Shown: in pieces, positions 39,009 to 48,913 of the stretch
How positions within the stretch are numbered: the first letter of the stretch is position 1
Layout: each line of letters opens with the position of its first letter
NCBI GenBank assembly: GCA_003252295.1
Contig: QKEV01000007.1
Span: 80,139-144,138 of the forward strand
Length of the DNA: 64,000 bases
Reading direction: 5' to 3'
From: a bacterium
GTDB taxonomy: Bacteria; Patescibacteriota; Minisyncoccia; Phycocordibacterales; UBA12088
Program-made: the position numbers and the translations under genes
Notes under the pieces: generated by a model
The model's database searches: none
What the model saw: the letters and a program-made list of their open reading frames with translations, nothing else
Told to the model about the DNA's origin: nothing

Positions 39009-39182
39009 GCACTATCTTAACCACTTAACGCAGTAGCAACACTATCCTTACTTTTACTATTTATAATAGAGGCATCTCCCGCTCCCAAAACTCAATCAAC
39101 CCGCTATATTGTCAAGTAGTATACGCGAGAAAGGTTAAATGTCAACACTAGTCAACCCTACTTTTTATAAAACTGTGGAAAA

Positions 39183-39839
39183 CTAGCGTTTTTGTTTCCA
39201 TTCCTCTATTTTTTTGTGATCACCAGAGAGAAGTACCTTTGGTACACGGTAGTTCTTTTCTTTCCATTTTAATACCTCAGGTCGAGTATACACATCGTGA
39301 CTTGCAGTGCGTCGCTCTTCAAGAGAGTCGTAGTTACCAAGTACACCAGGTACCCTCCTTGCAATAGCGTCAAGCATAACCATCGCTGGCAGCTCACCAC
39401 CAGTAAGTGTATACGGACCTATGGTCACCGCCTCTGCACGAAGTATTTTCTTCACACGCGCATCAATTCCCTCATACCTGCCACATATCATAACCACATG
39501 ATCGTAGCGCTTTGCCACCTTTTCAGCGTAGCCAGTATCAAACTGCGTTCCCTCCGGCTCAAAAAATATTACTTTTACCTGCCTCCTATCCTTTCTGCCG
39601 ATTGCCTTGGAAACCGCCTTCAAGATACTTTCAGCTTCAAGCACCATACCTGGTCCACCACCATACGGCTTTTGATCTACACGTCTATGCTTGTCTTTTG
39701 TAAAGTCACGCGGGTTGTACATCCTCACCTCGATCTTCTTGTCTTCAATAGCTCGCTTCACAATGGATTCCTCAAGGTAAGAATCAAGTGCATGTGGAAA
39801 CAAGGTGATTATGTGAAATGTAATTTTATTTGTTTTCAT
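39183..39839 (-). CDS. trmD: tRNA (guanine37-N1)-methyltransferase
   Basis: SPOUT-fold motifs. RVDQKPYGGGPGMVL and the 218-aa length are typical of TrmD. Confidence 0.85.
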   Translation of the reverse strand: MKTNKITFHIITLFPHALDSYLEESIVKRAIEDKKIEVRMYNPRDFTKDKHRRVDQKPYGGGPGMVLEAESILKAVSKAIGRKDRRQVKVIFFEPEGTQFDTGYAEKVAKRYDHVVMICGRYEGIDARVKKILRAEAVTIGPYTLTGGELPAMVMLDAIARRVPGVLGNYDSLEERRTASHDVYTRPEVLKWKEKNYRVPKVLLSGDHKKIEEWKQKR

Positions 39840-39918
39840 GTTTGTACGATACTACTTCTTACCATTTAATGACAAGGAGCGCTACAAGTGGTATCACTTG
39901 TAGCGCTTCAAAACTTAC

Positions 39919-40074
39919 TCATTCTTCATTTGCTGTTTCCGTCTTAAGAGTAGGAAGTGTATCATCTCCGGTATCATCTTTCACAGCATCCTTCCGTACC
40001 CTGTCTTCATCACACCCCAACTCCCATAACATATTATTTAATATGTCTTCTGGAAACATGTCTTCTGGAAACAT
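39919..40074 (-). CDS. Small acidic protein (51 aa) with N-terminal MFPED-MFPED tandem repeat and a canonical SD
   Basis: AAGGAGGttgct-ATG. The ORF is MFPEDMFPEDILNNMLWELGCDEDRVRKDAVKDDTGDDTLPTLKTETANEE. It is not in the ORF table (<60 aa). Confidence 0.35.
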   Translation of the reverse strand: MFPEDMFPEDILNNMLWELGCDEDRVRKDAVKDDTGDDTLPTLKTETANEE

Positions 40075-40204
40075 AGCAACCTCCTTGAGGATAATTCATA
40101 CACCTTTACGTTGTTTCTAGATTATTTGTACGTGATACCCTCTTACCTGTCAAACACAAAACGCCCAGTGGGCGTTTTGTGTTTAGAAAGTTTAAAATTT
40201 CAAC

Positions 40205-40621
40205 TTAGTCCATTTTAAGGTCAGCCATTGCCTCGTCGAGAGACTTGGTAACCTCAGATGTGTCGCTGTATGATGCATCCTCCTCAGCTGGAGCTGCTGC
40301 TCCTTCCTGTGAACGAAGACCACCTTCAGGTTCATTTATTTTAAGATTTACACGTGAATTGTTTTTCATTCCGACTACACGAAGTAGGGTACGTATTGCC
40401 TTTGCTGTGTTTCCACTGCGGCCAATGATTTTACCCATGTCTGCTGCGTCAACATCAAGAGTAAGAAGCACACCCATTTCATCAACGGTGCGATCTACCT
40501 TTACAGCATCAGGATTATCTACGAGTCCTTTAACAACGTACTCTAAAAATTTCTGATCATCTTCCATATTACTTTTTTTCAGAATTAACTGGTTATCTGT
40601 TAATAAATGTGTCGAATACAC
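40205..40621 (-). CDS. KH-domain RNA-binding protein (KhpA/YlqC-like) with an acidic C-terminal extension
   Basis: GKIIGRSGNTAKAIRTLL is a KH GxxG loop. Position between rpsP and trmD as in the canonical operon. Confidence 0.7.
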   Translation of the reverse strand: MYSTHLLTDNQLILKKSNMEDDQKFLEYVVKGLVDNPDAVKVDRTVDEMGVLLTLDVDAADMGKIIGRSGNTAKAIRTLLRVVGMKNNSRVNLKINEPEGGLRSQEGAAAPAEEDASYSDTSEVTKSLDEAMADLKMD

Positions 40622-40675
40622 TCGACTAGTACTATTGTACCTGCGAGTGCTGTATTCGCAAAATCATAAGTGCTA

Positions 40676-41095
40676 CTACTTTTCTTCAGTAGCTTCAGCG
40701 GGTGTTTCTTCTTTAGTTTCTTCAGGAGCTTCCTCAGTCTTTACCTCCTCAGTGTCGCCTTCCTCTTTCTTTGCTTCAGCAGGAGCTTCCTCTGCTGGTA
40801 CTTCTTCAGTCTCCTTTACTATTGGACTCTTCTTAGGAAGTACATTCTTCTTTTCTCCCTTTATTACACCTTCACGCACGAGAAGGTTGTGAAGCGTATC
40901 TGATACCTGTGCTCCAACACCAATCCAGTGCTGAACACGCTCAGTATCAAGCTTTATCTCATCAGTATGTGGGTTGTAATGCCCTATTAACTCCTTATAG
41001 TTTGAGCTCTTAGCAGCTCTTGTCTTTTCGGTAACAACCACGCGAAATTCAGCATGGTTTCTTCGTCCGACACGTTGCAATCGAATCATTAACAT
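40676..41095 (-). CDS. rpsP: 30S ribosomal protein S16 with a Lys/Glu-rich C-terminal tail
   Basis: MLMIRLQRVGRRNHAEFRVVV...GHYNPH matches the S16 N-terminus. The ORF table begins at an upstream Met (41134). Confidence 0.8.
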   Translation of the reverse strand: MLMIRLQRVGRRNHAEFRVVVTEKTRAAKSSNYKELIGHYNPHTDEIKLDTERVQHWIGVGAQVSDTLHNLLVREGVIKGEKKNVLPKKSPIVKETEEVPAEEAPAEAKKEEGDTEEVKTEEAPEETKEETPAEATEEK

Positions 41096-41179
41096 AGTGG
41101 GGAGTACTGTACCAGACTTACATAAAATGGTCAAGAAAAAAACGAACCCCGTGCAGTACGTACGGGGTTCTCCAAAAGA

Positions 41180-41836
41180 TCATGCAAGCTTTTTAATTAT
41201 TTTGCGTTCTTCTCGGTAACTACCAAGAAGTATACAAAGTATCGCGACACCAACGATGCTGGCAAATACAAATACGGTAAAAAAACAGATAAACGGAAGA
41301 TACTTTATGAGTATTACTCCTTCTGGTAATGCTGGATGCAACATCAGGACATACAAAAAATTTGTAAAGAAAATCAAGACTGCACCAAAAAAAATAAATT
41401 CTGCTTCAATTTCACCGACCACACGATAACATGCAAAAAGTATAATTAGTGCACCTAAAATCGGTGTAATAGTAAGGAGATGTGGTAGATATAACATGTA
41501 TGAGTCAGGTGCAGGAACGAGTGGTAGACTGATTACAATTACTTTTAAGATGATTGCAAACACAACACTTACTACAACCCATACCACGAGTACGAATAGT
41601 AGTCCACTGTAATCATTACCGTTAAAAACTAGGTAATCAACAACTCCTATCACTGTAGGGGTTGCAAACATAACCATTACCGCAATGACATACCAAGGTA
41701 TATGTATATCTAGCGCACTCTTTCCAAGTGGTAACGATAAATCGGTAGGTAATTGCGGTGCTGTAGCATAGAAAGCAAGCATAAAAATAATTAGAACTAA
41801 CCACACACTCAAGATTACTTTAAATTTTACATTCAT
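41180..41836 (-). CDS. Polytopic membrane protein, hypothetical
   Basis: 218 aa, about 6 TM helices. No motif recognised. Confidence 0.45.
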   Translation of the reverse strand: MNVKFKVILSVWLVLIIFMLAFYATAPQLPTDLSLPLGKSALDIHIPWYVIAVMVMFATPTVIGVVDYLVFNGNDYSGLLFVLVVWVVVSVVFAIILKVIVISLPLVPAPDSYMLYLPHLLTITPILGALIILFACYRVVGEIEAEFIFFGAVLIFFTNFLYVLMLHPALPEGVILIKYLPFICFFTVFVFASIVGVAILCILLGSYREERKIIKKLA

Positions 41837-41916
41837 GTTTTCCTCCTATTTCACAGGTTGAGTGGATGAATCTTTTTCTGCTCACAAAATACCACATTTT
41901 ATTGAACTAGCAATAC

Positions 41917-41946
41917 TAAAAAACTAGGTGTTGTACCTAGTTTTTT
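41917..41946. terminator. Bidirectional rho-independent terminator
   Basis: aaaaaa-ctaggt-gttgt-acctag-tttttt. Confidence 0.65.
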
Positions 41947-41970
41947 ATTTTATTTGTATGTGATTCTCTG

Positions 41971-42687
41971 CTATCCCCACCCTTTTGCCTCGAGTGCTGC
42001 CTGAGCTGCCTCCTGCTCTGCCTCCTGCTTACTCCTACCCTTCCCAGTAGCCACCTGCTCATCGTTCAGGAATGCTCCAACAGTGAAATGTTTATCATGG
42101 TCTGGACCCTCTTCCTTCACCACAGCATAGCTTGGTGTGATAGAAACATGCTCCTGTGCCTTTTCTTGGAAGTAGCTCTTGCTGTCCTGCCAGAGGCGTT
42201 TCTTCACCACCTCATCAGCAAGCGGGAAGATATTTTTCGCAATAAAGTCATTTGCCACCTCGTACCCCTGATCAAGATAAATAGCGCCAATCACCGCCTC
42301 AAATGCATCAGCAAGTATGTACTGTCGCGCGCGTCCTGTGTCTCGTGACTCACCCTTTGACAGGAATAGACAGTCGTTCATACCGAGCTTTGTTGCAGCA
42401 CTAGAAATAGTATGTGTGTTTACGAGTGCAGCACGATACGCCGTTAGATCACCCTCATTCTTTTCTTCATACTTATCAAAAAGAAACCGAGTGACCGTGA
42501 GTTCGAGTACCGCATCACCCAAGAACTCGAGTCGCTCGTTGTGTTCAATACTCTCACCACGGTGCTCGTTTACGTAACTCCGATGTGTGAACGCAGTATG
42601 AAGTAATGAAATGGTGTTAAAAGATATACCAATATTATTTGCAAAATTTTGTATGTTGTTCTGTATTGTATCTCGTGACATAGACAT
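41971..42687 (-). CDS. rnc: Ribonuclease III
   Basis: ERLEFLGDAVLE RNase III signature plus C-terminal dsRBD. Confidence 0.9.
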   Translation of the reverse strand: MSMSRDTIQNNIQNFANNIGISFNTISLLHTAFTHRSYVNEHRGESIEHNERLEFLGDAVLELTVTRFLFDKYEEKNEGDLTAYRAALVNTHTISSAATKLGMNDCLFLSKGESRDTGRARQYILADAFEAVIGAIYLDQGYEVANDFIAKNIFPLADEVVKKRLWQDSKSYFQEKAQEHVSITPSYAVVKEEGPDHDKHFTVGAFLNDEQVATGKGRSKQEAEQEAAQAALEAKGWG

Positions 42688-42746
42688 AAATATAACTACA
42701 CGCCCACTTTACCAGAGGCGCGTCTGCATTTCTAGTGTTAGCATTT

Positions 42747-43670
42747 TTATTTCTCGTCCCCAACTGCAAGGAGAACATTTATCGCTTTAGTAATGATCGG
42801 AAGCATGTCATGGTAGAAGTTGAGCTCAAGAATATCAGCAAGCTTAAACCAACGCGCATCATCAAGCCCTCCTTTGTCTTCTAGCACAATATCCTTAAAA
42901 GGTGCTTCAACAAGGAAATAGGTAACATTTTTACGTATCTTTCCTTTTTCCGGATTTGAAGCAACGTACTCATTCTCACCTAGTTTTTCTTTAATCGTTA
43001 CCTCAAGACCCAGTTCCTGTTTGATCTCACGAACCGTACCTTCCTCCTCGGTCTCAGCATCTTCGATGCCACCCTTTGCCAAGGTCCAGTGTCCAAAGAC
43101 ATCATGTACGAGTGCAACATACATATCACCCTCATGTTGGGCATACACCACAGCACCACCTTTTCGCTCAATTGGCATCTTTTCATATGGCACCATTGGC
43201 ATTTTCTTTTTCTTTTTTGATGTCTCGTCCTTACCTGGTTCACCAAGCTCTTTATAAACACCACCAATAACACCATTCACAAATGCACCTGATGAATCAC
43301 CACCAAAATTCTTTGCAAGCTCAATCGCCTCATTAATAGCAACTTTTGCAGGCACCTCAGCGCGATCAGCAAACAAAAGCTCATAGAGTCCTATACGCAA
43401 GATATTTCTATCTACTCGAGCTATCTTGTCGAGTGGCCACTCCGGTGCTGCTTTTGTAATAACAGCATCAAGATCTTCTTGTTTTGTTAGTACACCATCA
43501 AGGAGCCGCTTCATAAACGGCTTGTCTTTTGTAGTATCAGTAAATTCTTTGATGTTGCGGTCAAGAATTACCTCAGGCGTTTCTGCCTCGGTTTTACCTT
43601 CTTCTGTGTTCATGTCCCACTCAAAGAGTGTTTGCAGAACTATTGACCTTGATAGGTGTCTATTCGACAT
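42747..43670 (-). CDS. nusB: NusB-like antitermination domain fused to a C-terminal NUDIX hydrolase domain
   Basis: The N-terminal ~150 aa is a NusB fold. The C-terminal half has the Nudix box GGIEDAETEEEGTVREIKQELGLEV (REx2EExGU). Confidence 0.65.
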   Translation of the reverse strand: MSNRHLSRSIVLQTLFEWDMNTEEGKTEAETPEVILDRNIKEFTDTTKDKPFMKRLLDGVLTKQEDLDAVITKAAPEWPLDKIARVDRNILRIGLYELLFADRAEVPAKVAINEAIELAKNFGGDSSGAFVNGVIGGVYKELGEPGKDETSKKKKKMPMVPYEKMPIERKGGAVVYAQHEGDMYVALVHDVFGHWTLAKGGIEDAETEEEGTVREIKQELGLEVTIKEKLGENEYVASNPEKGKIRKNVTYFLVEAPFKDIVLEDKGGLDDARWFKLADILELNFYHDMLPIITKAINVLLAVGDEK

Positions 43671-43739
43671 GGGTTATAAATGAACGTGCGTAATGTATTG
43701 TAAAGCCCCGTAAGTACTTCGTACCACCGGAACTTCACA

Positions 43740-44012
43740 CTACTTACTCGCCTCCTCTTTCTTCTTTGAAGAAGCTTTTTTCGTGTCAGCAACTTTCTTT
43801 ACAGGTTTTTTCTTAGCTGGTGCCTTTTTAGTAGTAACCTTTTCAGCACCACCTACAGCAATAATCTGCTTACCACGATACATGCCAGTATCTGGATCTG
43901 CAAAGTGACGTCGTCGGACGCCTGTTTTTGTTGCAACAAGACGTGGCGTGCCTTTGTTATGATGGGCACGACGTGAAGCCGTCTTGCTATGGGTCAATTT
44001 CATTCGTACTGA
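43740..44012 (-). CDS. rpmF: 50S ribosomal protein L32 with a Lys/Ala-rich C-terminal extension
   Basis: KTASRRAHHNK...RRRHFADPDTGMYRGKQI matches the L32 pattern (..SRRR..RRSH.AL....D..TG.Y.RG..I). The ORF table starts at an upstream Met. Confidence 0.65.
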   Translation of the reverse strand, partial: SVRMKLTHSKTASRRAHHNKGTPRLVATKTGVRRRHFADPDTGMYRGKQIIAVGGAEKVTTKKAPAKKKPVKKVADTKKASSKKKEEASK

Positions 44013-44187
44013 CATAGCGTCTACTATACTCAACAATTCCAAATATGCAAGCCCTGTTAGAGATTAAAACTGTATAACCATGGCTTTATTAAGCAGGAGG
44101 TTACTTAAAAAACATCACGAAAATCGATCAAAAAACGAACGGACACGACATGTGTTCTATCTCTAACGGGGTAATGGGTTTTCTACA

Positions 44188-44784
44188 CTATTTCTCAACT
44201 GAAATATTTTTACAGAACGAAATTCTGTGAATTGGTGTAAAGCCGTGTGTTGCTATTACCTCACGATGCCGCTTTGTTCCGTACCCCTTATGCCCAGCAA
44301 GTCCATACTCAGGGTACTTTTTGTCGTACTCCACCATGAGTCTGTCGCGCGTCACTTTAGCAACAATAGATGCTGCGGAGATGACAGGTACTGTATCATC
44401 ACCACGAATAACAGTCTCCTGTACCTTATACTCTGCTGGTGCATGTAAACCACCATCAAGAAAGAGCTCACAGTCGTTTGGATCAAGTTGTAATCCTTTC
44501 AGGGCATTTTTAAGTGCCAAACGTATCGAAGATTGTATCCCTGTAGTATCAATGTTTTGTGAGGAAACTGAAACGACAGCATGCTTCGCATGTTCCATTA
44601 CAGTAAGCTTTTGGAACCATGCTTCACGTTTCTTCTCTGAAAGTTTTTTTGAATCACGTACACCTTCAAGAATAGCAAAATCAGAATCTTTCTGTATAGC
44701 AAAAGCTCCAACGGTAACAGGACCAGCTAGTGGACCACGTCCAACCTCATCAATACCAACGATCCACTTTACTTGTTTTTCCAT
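44188..44784 (-). CDS. rnhB: Ribonuclease HII
   Basis: IVGIDEVGRGPLAGPV catalytic motif. Start taken at MEKQVKW (44784). The ORF-table N-terminal extension overlaps divergent dnaE. Confidence 0.8.
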   Translation of the reverse strand: MEKQVKWIVGIDEVGRGPLAGPVTVGAFAIQKDSDFAILEGVRDSKKLSEKKREAWFQKLTVMEHAKHAVVSVSSQNIDTTGIQSSIRLALKNALKGLQLDPNDCELFLDGGLHAPAEYKVQETVIRGDDTVPVISAASIVAKVTRDRLMVEYDKKYPEYGLAGHKGYGTKRHREVIATHGFTPIHRISFCKNISVEK

Positions 44785-44855
44785 AATGACACAGTATACA
44801 ACGACACAACACAATTGTTGAAAAGTGAATTTTAACGTCATGGTATACTTTCGCC

Positions 44856-47800
44856 ATGAAAAGCGGTTTTGTGCATTTACACACCCATAGCCACTATTCA
44901 CTTTTGGGTGCAGTTCCAAAGATAAAACCCCTTGTTGCACGTGCAAAAGAGTACGGGATGGATACACTCGCACTCACTGATAACGGCAACATGTACGGTG
45001 CTATTGAGTTTTACCAAACATGTGAGAAAAATGAGATCAAGCCAATACTTGGTGTTGATGCCTACATCGCTGTGCGTTCACGAAAAGATAAGGAACATGA
45101 TCAAGATCGTACAAGATACCGTTTAGTACTCTTGGCTGAAAATAATACCGGGTACAAGAATCTTATTAAACTCGTAACAGATTCTTACATTGAGGGACTC
45201 TTCTACAAGCCACGTATGGATAAGGAAACACTCGAAAAATGGCACGAAGGGCTCATTGCTATACTCCCAGCATCTAAAGGACCACATGTAAATGCGCTTC
45301 TTGGTAATGATTTTGAAAAAGCAGAAGAGGTTATACAGTGGTACAAACAAGTGTATGGTGACGACAGTACGTTTCTAGAGATTACACATCACCCCGAAAT
45401 TGAGAATCATGAGTTTCTACAGTCTCAGATCAAGAAGCTCGCTGAAAAGACAATGACACCACTCATTGCCGCACACGACACCTACTACCTTGACCCCGAA
45501 GATCGTTCAGCACGCGAAACCATGATACGTATACAGACTGATGGCACCCTGGAAGAAGAAGGGTTTGAGGAGGATGAGAACATGTCGTTTATAAACGGAG
45601 AGGAAGCTGATAAGCTTTTTAAGAATGAGGAAGAGGCGCTTGAAAACACTCGCAAGGTTGCAGATCGCTGCAACGTACATATCACACTCGGTGAGTGGTA
45701 CTTCCCTGACTTTGAAATCGAATCTGGAAGGAATGCAGATGATGAGGTACAACATATTGCAACCACAGGTCTCAAATGGCGCAAAATGCCATATGAGGGT
45801 GCAATTAAAGAACGTCTCGACTACGAGCTCAAGGTTATTCGAGACAAAGGATACAGTGCCTACTTTCTTGCTGTTGCAGACCTGCTCCGTGAGGCACGCG
45901 AAAGAAAGATCCTCACGACCATTCGTGGTTCCGTTGCCGGATCACTTGTCACCTACGCCATGGGTATTACAAACGTAGACCCGCTCCGTCTCAACCTCCC
46001 CTTTGAGCGTTTCTTGAACCCACATCGACCGAGTGCTCCTGATATTGACATGGATTACGCTGATAACCGCAGAGACGAGATGATCGAGTACGCAAAGGAA
46101 AAGTATGGTCATGCAAACGTTGCACAGATTGGTACCTTTGGAACCATGATGGCACGTGCTGCGGTTCGTGATGTTGCACGAGCACTTGGATACTCCTACG
46201 GTATTGGGGACAAGATTGCAAAAGCCATACCATTTGGTTCTCAAGGTTTTCCAATGACTATCGACATAGCTCTCGACACTGAAAAAGAGTTTAGCGATCT
46301 CTACAAGAAAGATGCTGACACACGACGCATTGTTGATCTTGCTAAAAAGATAGAAGGGTGTGCGCGACATGTGGGAGTACATGCCGCTGGTGTCGTCATC
46401 GCCCCTGAACCGCTTTCCGAGTTTGTACCGGTACAACCTGACCCAAAAGGTGGTGGTAAATTTATCACCCAGTACGACATGCATGGTGTTGGTGAAGATG
46501 GTGTGGGACTTCTTAAGTTTGACTTTCTTGGTATCAAGAACCTTTCCATCCTTGCTGACGCTGTTGAGCGAGTTCGCGAACGACATAATGTCGAAATAGA
46601 TATTGAAAATATTGATCTTGAGGACAGAAAGACGTACACCATGCTTGCTCAAGGCGAGACTGGTGGTGTTTTCCAACTCAATGGTGCCGCAATGACACGT
46701 TACCTAAAGGAACTGCGACCTACGAAGATCGAGGACATAAACGCTATGATCGCACTCTATCGACCTGGGCCAATGAAAAACATTCCCGACTACATTGCTC
46801 GTAAACAAGGTCGCGCTCCGATACGATACTTCCATCCAAAAGCAAAGAACTTCTTGGAACCATCATATGGCATTCTCGTGTACCAAGACGACCTTTTGTT
46901 CTGCGCCCTTGAACTTGCAGGATACAACTGGGAAACGGTAGACAAGTTCCGTAAGGCAGTTGGTAAAAAGATCCCAGAAGAAATGGCAAAACAACACGTC
47001 ATATTTGTTGAAGGTTGTCAGAAACATTCTGGAATGAGTGCAGCAGATGCTGAAAAGATATGGGATCTCTTTGAACCATTCCAGGGATACGGTTTCAACA
47101 AAGCGCATGCTGCAAGTTATGGTAAAGTGGCATACCAAACTGCATACATGAAAGCAAACTACCCTGTTGAGTACATGGCCGCAATTCTTACTGCTGACTC
47201 TGGTGACGTCGAAAAGGTGTCTGAAGCGATCAATGAATGCAAGCGAATGAATATCCGCGTCTTGAAACCTGACGTGAATCAAAGTTTTGGAAACTTTACT
47301 GTAGTTGATAAGGATGGTGAAGCAGCTATACGTTTTGGACTGAACTCAATTAAAAACTTCGGTGAAGGTATTGCAAAAGTCATTATTGATGAACGAGAAG
47401 AAAACGGCCCATTTAAAAACCTTAGTGATTTTCTTACACGCATCCAAGACCGTAACCTCAACAAGAAATCACTAGAGGCTCTCATTAAAAGTGGATCACT
47501 CGACACGTTTGAGTACAAGCGTGGTCGTATGTTGCGATACATTGATGAGCTTCTCACCTTTAACAAAGAGCAGTCAGCTGATAAGGCACAGGTTTCCCTT
47601 TTTGCATCATCAGAAGACACAGGAACACTTACACTGCCAGAAGCAGAACAGGCGTCGCAAAGTGACATGTTGCGATGGGAGAAAGAACTCCTTGGTCTTT
47701 ATATTTCAGGACACCCACTTGATGAGTATAAGGAAAGGCTTGAAAAGTTTGGCAGAACAATAACCGATGTAAAACGTGGCTATGTTGGTGCCGATACCAT

Positions 47801-48074
47801 AGCTGCTGGCATTCTCACTGAGGTAAAACCGTTCACCACAAAAAAGGGTGACAAGATGGCATTCATTAAACTTTCAGACTACGGAGACACTATTGAAGCA
47901 GTTGCTTTTCCGAAGATATACAACGAATTTCGCAACATACTAGTACAAGAAAACTGTGTCGCTTTTAAGGGTCGCACAAATGAACGCAACGGCGAACGTA
48001 GTTTTGTGATAGACAAAGTGAAAGCTCTAAGTGATTTTCGCAACAAGAAACCTGAGGAGGTTGCTACTCAATAG
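44856..48074 (+). CDS. dnaE: DNA polymerase III alpha subunit
   Basis: PHP domain FVHLHTHSHYSLL, polymerase core and OB fold in 1072 aa. ATG is 6 nt after TATACT. Confidence 0.95.
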   Translation: MKSGFVHLHTHSHYSLLGAVPKIKPLVARAKEYGMDTLALTDNGNMYGAIEFYQTCEKNEIKPILGVDAYIAVRSRKDKEHDQDRTRYRLVLLAENNTGYKNLIKLVTDSYIEGLFYKPRMDKETLEKWHEGLIAILPASKGPHVNALLGNDFEKAEEVIQWYKQVYGDDSTFLEITHHPEIENHEFLQSQIKKLAEKTMTPLIAAHDTYYLDPEDRSARETMIRIQTDGTLEEEGFEEDENMSFINGEEADKLFKNEEEALENTRKVADRCNVHITLGEWYFPDFEIESGRNADDEVQHIATTGLKWRKMPYEGAIKERLDYELKVIRDKGYSAYFLAVADLLREARERKILTTIRGSVAGSLVTYAMGITNVDPLRLNLPFERFLNPHRPSAPDIDMDYADNRRDEMIEYAKEKYGHANVAQIGTFGTMMARAAVRDVARALGYSYGIGDKIAKAIPFGSQGFPMTIDIALDTEKEFSDLYKKDADTRRIVDLAKKIEGCARHVGVHAAGVVIAPEPLSEFVPVQPDPKGGGKFITQYDMHGVGEDGVGLLKFDFLGIKNLSILADAVERVRERHNVEIDIENIDLEDRKTYTMLAQGETGGVFQLNGAAMTRYLKELRPTKIEDINAMIALYRPGPMKNIPDYIARKQGRAPIRYFHPKAKNFLEPSYGILVYQDDLLFCALELAGYNWETVDKFRKAVGKKIPEEMAKQHVIFVEGCQKHSGMSAADAEKIWDLFEPFQGYGFNKAHAASYGKVAYQTAYMKANYPVEYMAAILTADSGDVEKVSEAINECKRMNIRVLKPDVNQSFGNFTVVDKDGEAAIRFGLNSIKNFGEGIAKVIIDEREENGPFKNLSDFLTRIQDRNLNKKSLEALIKSGSLDTFEYKRGRMLRYIDELLTFNKEQSADKAQVSLFASSEDTGTLTLPEAEQASQSDMLRWEKELLGLYISGHPLDEYKERLEKFGRTITDVKRGYVGADTIAAGILTEVKPFTTKKGDKMAFIKLSDYGDTIEAVAFPKIYNEFRNILVQENCVAFKGRTNERNGERSFVIDKVKALSDFRNKKPEEVATQ

Positions 48075-48687
48075 TCACCTCTTTTGAACCTTTTCCGTAT
48101 TCTGGATACTCGATCTCAAACGTATACGTACCGCTTCGAAGCTGATAGTAATCCTGCTTATGCGTCACCCCAAACATTCGTGTATCTCGTGCTGCAAGCT
48201 TATATGTCACCCGTTCATCTGTAGTACAGCGATCTGTATCTTTACTCGTGTACAACTCAGTTCCCGTTTCGTCATATATCGTGTACACCACCTGACAACC
48301 ACGCTTTGCTTCTAGCATGATAGGTTCATCAGTCTCATTAGTGATCAGTAGTAGTAACCCATCAATATCTTCATACTGATTATAAACCCCATCACTCTCG
48401 CCAATAAATTGACTCACTTTCACAGAAACCTTGTCTGCATTCATTGCCACATCTTTAGTATCATTCTTTACTTCACTCTCATTGAACATTTGCCCTAATT
48501 CACGTGCAGTTTCCTGTTTCTCCGTACTAATGATTCCACGTTCAATGAGCATCTCAATAAAACCAGTCATGCTGTACAGCACAAAACCTTGTGACGACAA
48601 CGCATGCACTGTTTGATTGGTAACAAATGTAAATGTGAGTGCTACAAAGAGCACACAAAGTATCTTTTTCATGTCACTATGATGCAC
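48064..48687 (-). CDS. Hypothetical secreted protein
   Basis: Signal peptide/TM MKKILCVLFVALTFTFV. No motif recognised. Confidence 0.45.
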   Translation of the reverse strand: MHHSDMKKILCVLFVALTFTFVTNQTVHALSSQGFVLYSMTGFIEMLIERGIISTEKQETARELGQMFNESEVKNDTKDVAMNADKVSVKVSQFIGESDGVYNQYEDIDGLLLLITNETDEPIMLEAKRGCQVVYTIYDETGTELYTSKDTDRCTTDERVTYKLAARDTRMFGVTHKQDYYQLRSGTYTFEIEYPEYGKGSKEVTIE

Positions 48688-48913
48688 GCAGAAGGCCTTC
48701 TCTGCAAGCGAACAAACGGTAAACTATTTCAAACATGATACGTAAATACCATACACACGTAGCAGGGTTTACAAAGTTTGCTAATAGGTATAGCATCAAA
48801 CTATGTCATTGACTGGTACAACAACAACGACAACTTCCTAACCCTCACGCGGGCGTCGTTGTAACACTTTGACCCCGCACAAGGGGATTTTTTATTAAAA
48901 CTAGTTCACATGT

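Noticed and set aside
40030-40075. Tandem repeat atgtcttctggaaacat x2 as a possible CRISPR or regulatory repeat
   Set aside because: Only two copies. It lies inside, and encodes the MFPED-MFPED start of, an SD-led small ORF.
29989-40086. Identical 14-mer AGGAGGTTGCTATG at two small genes (30001 and 40074) as evidence of a repeat or mobile element
   Set aside because: Flanking sequence diverges immediately. Most likely the match is just a shared strong ribosome-binding-site context. Noted only within the leaderless/SD finding.
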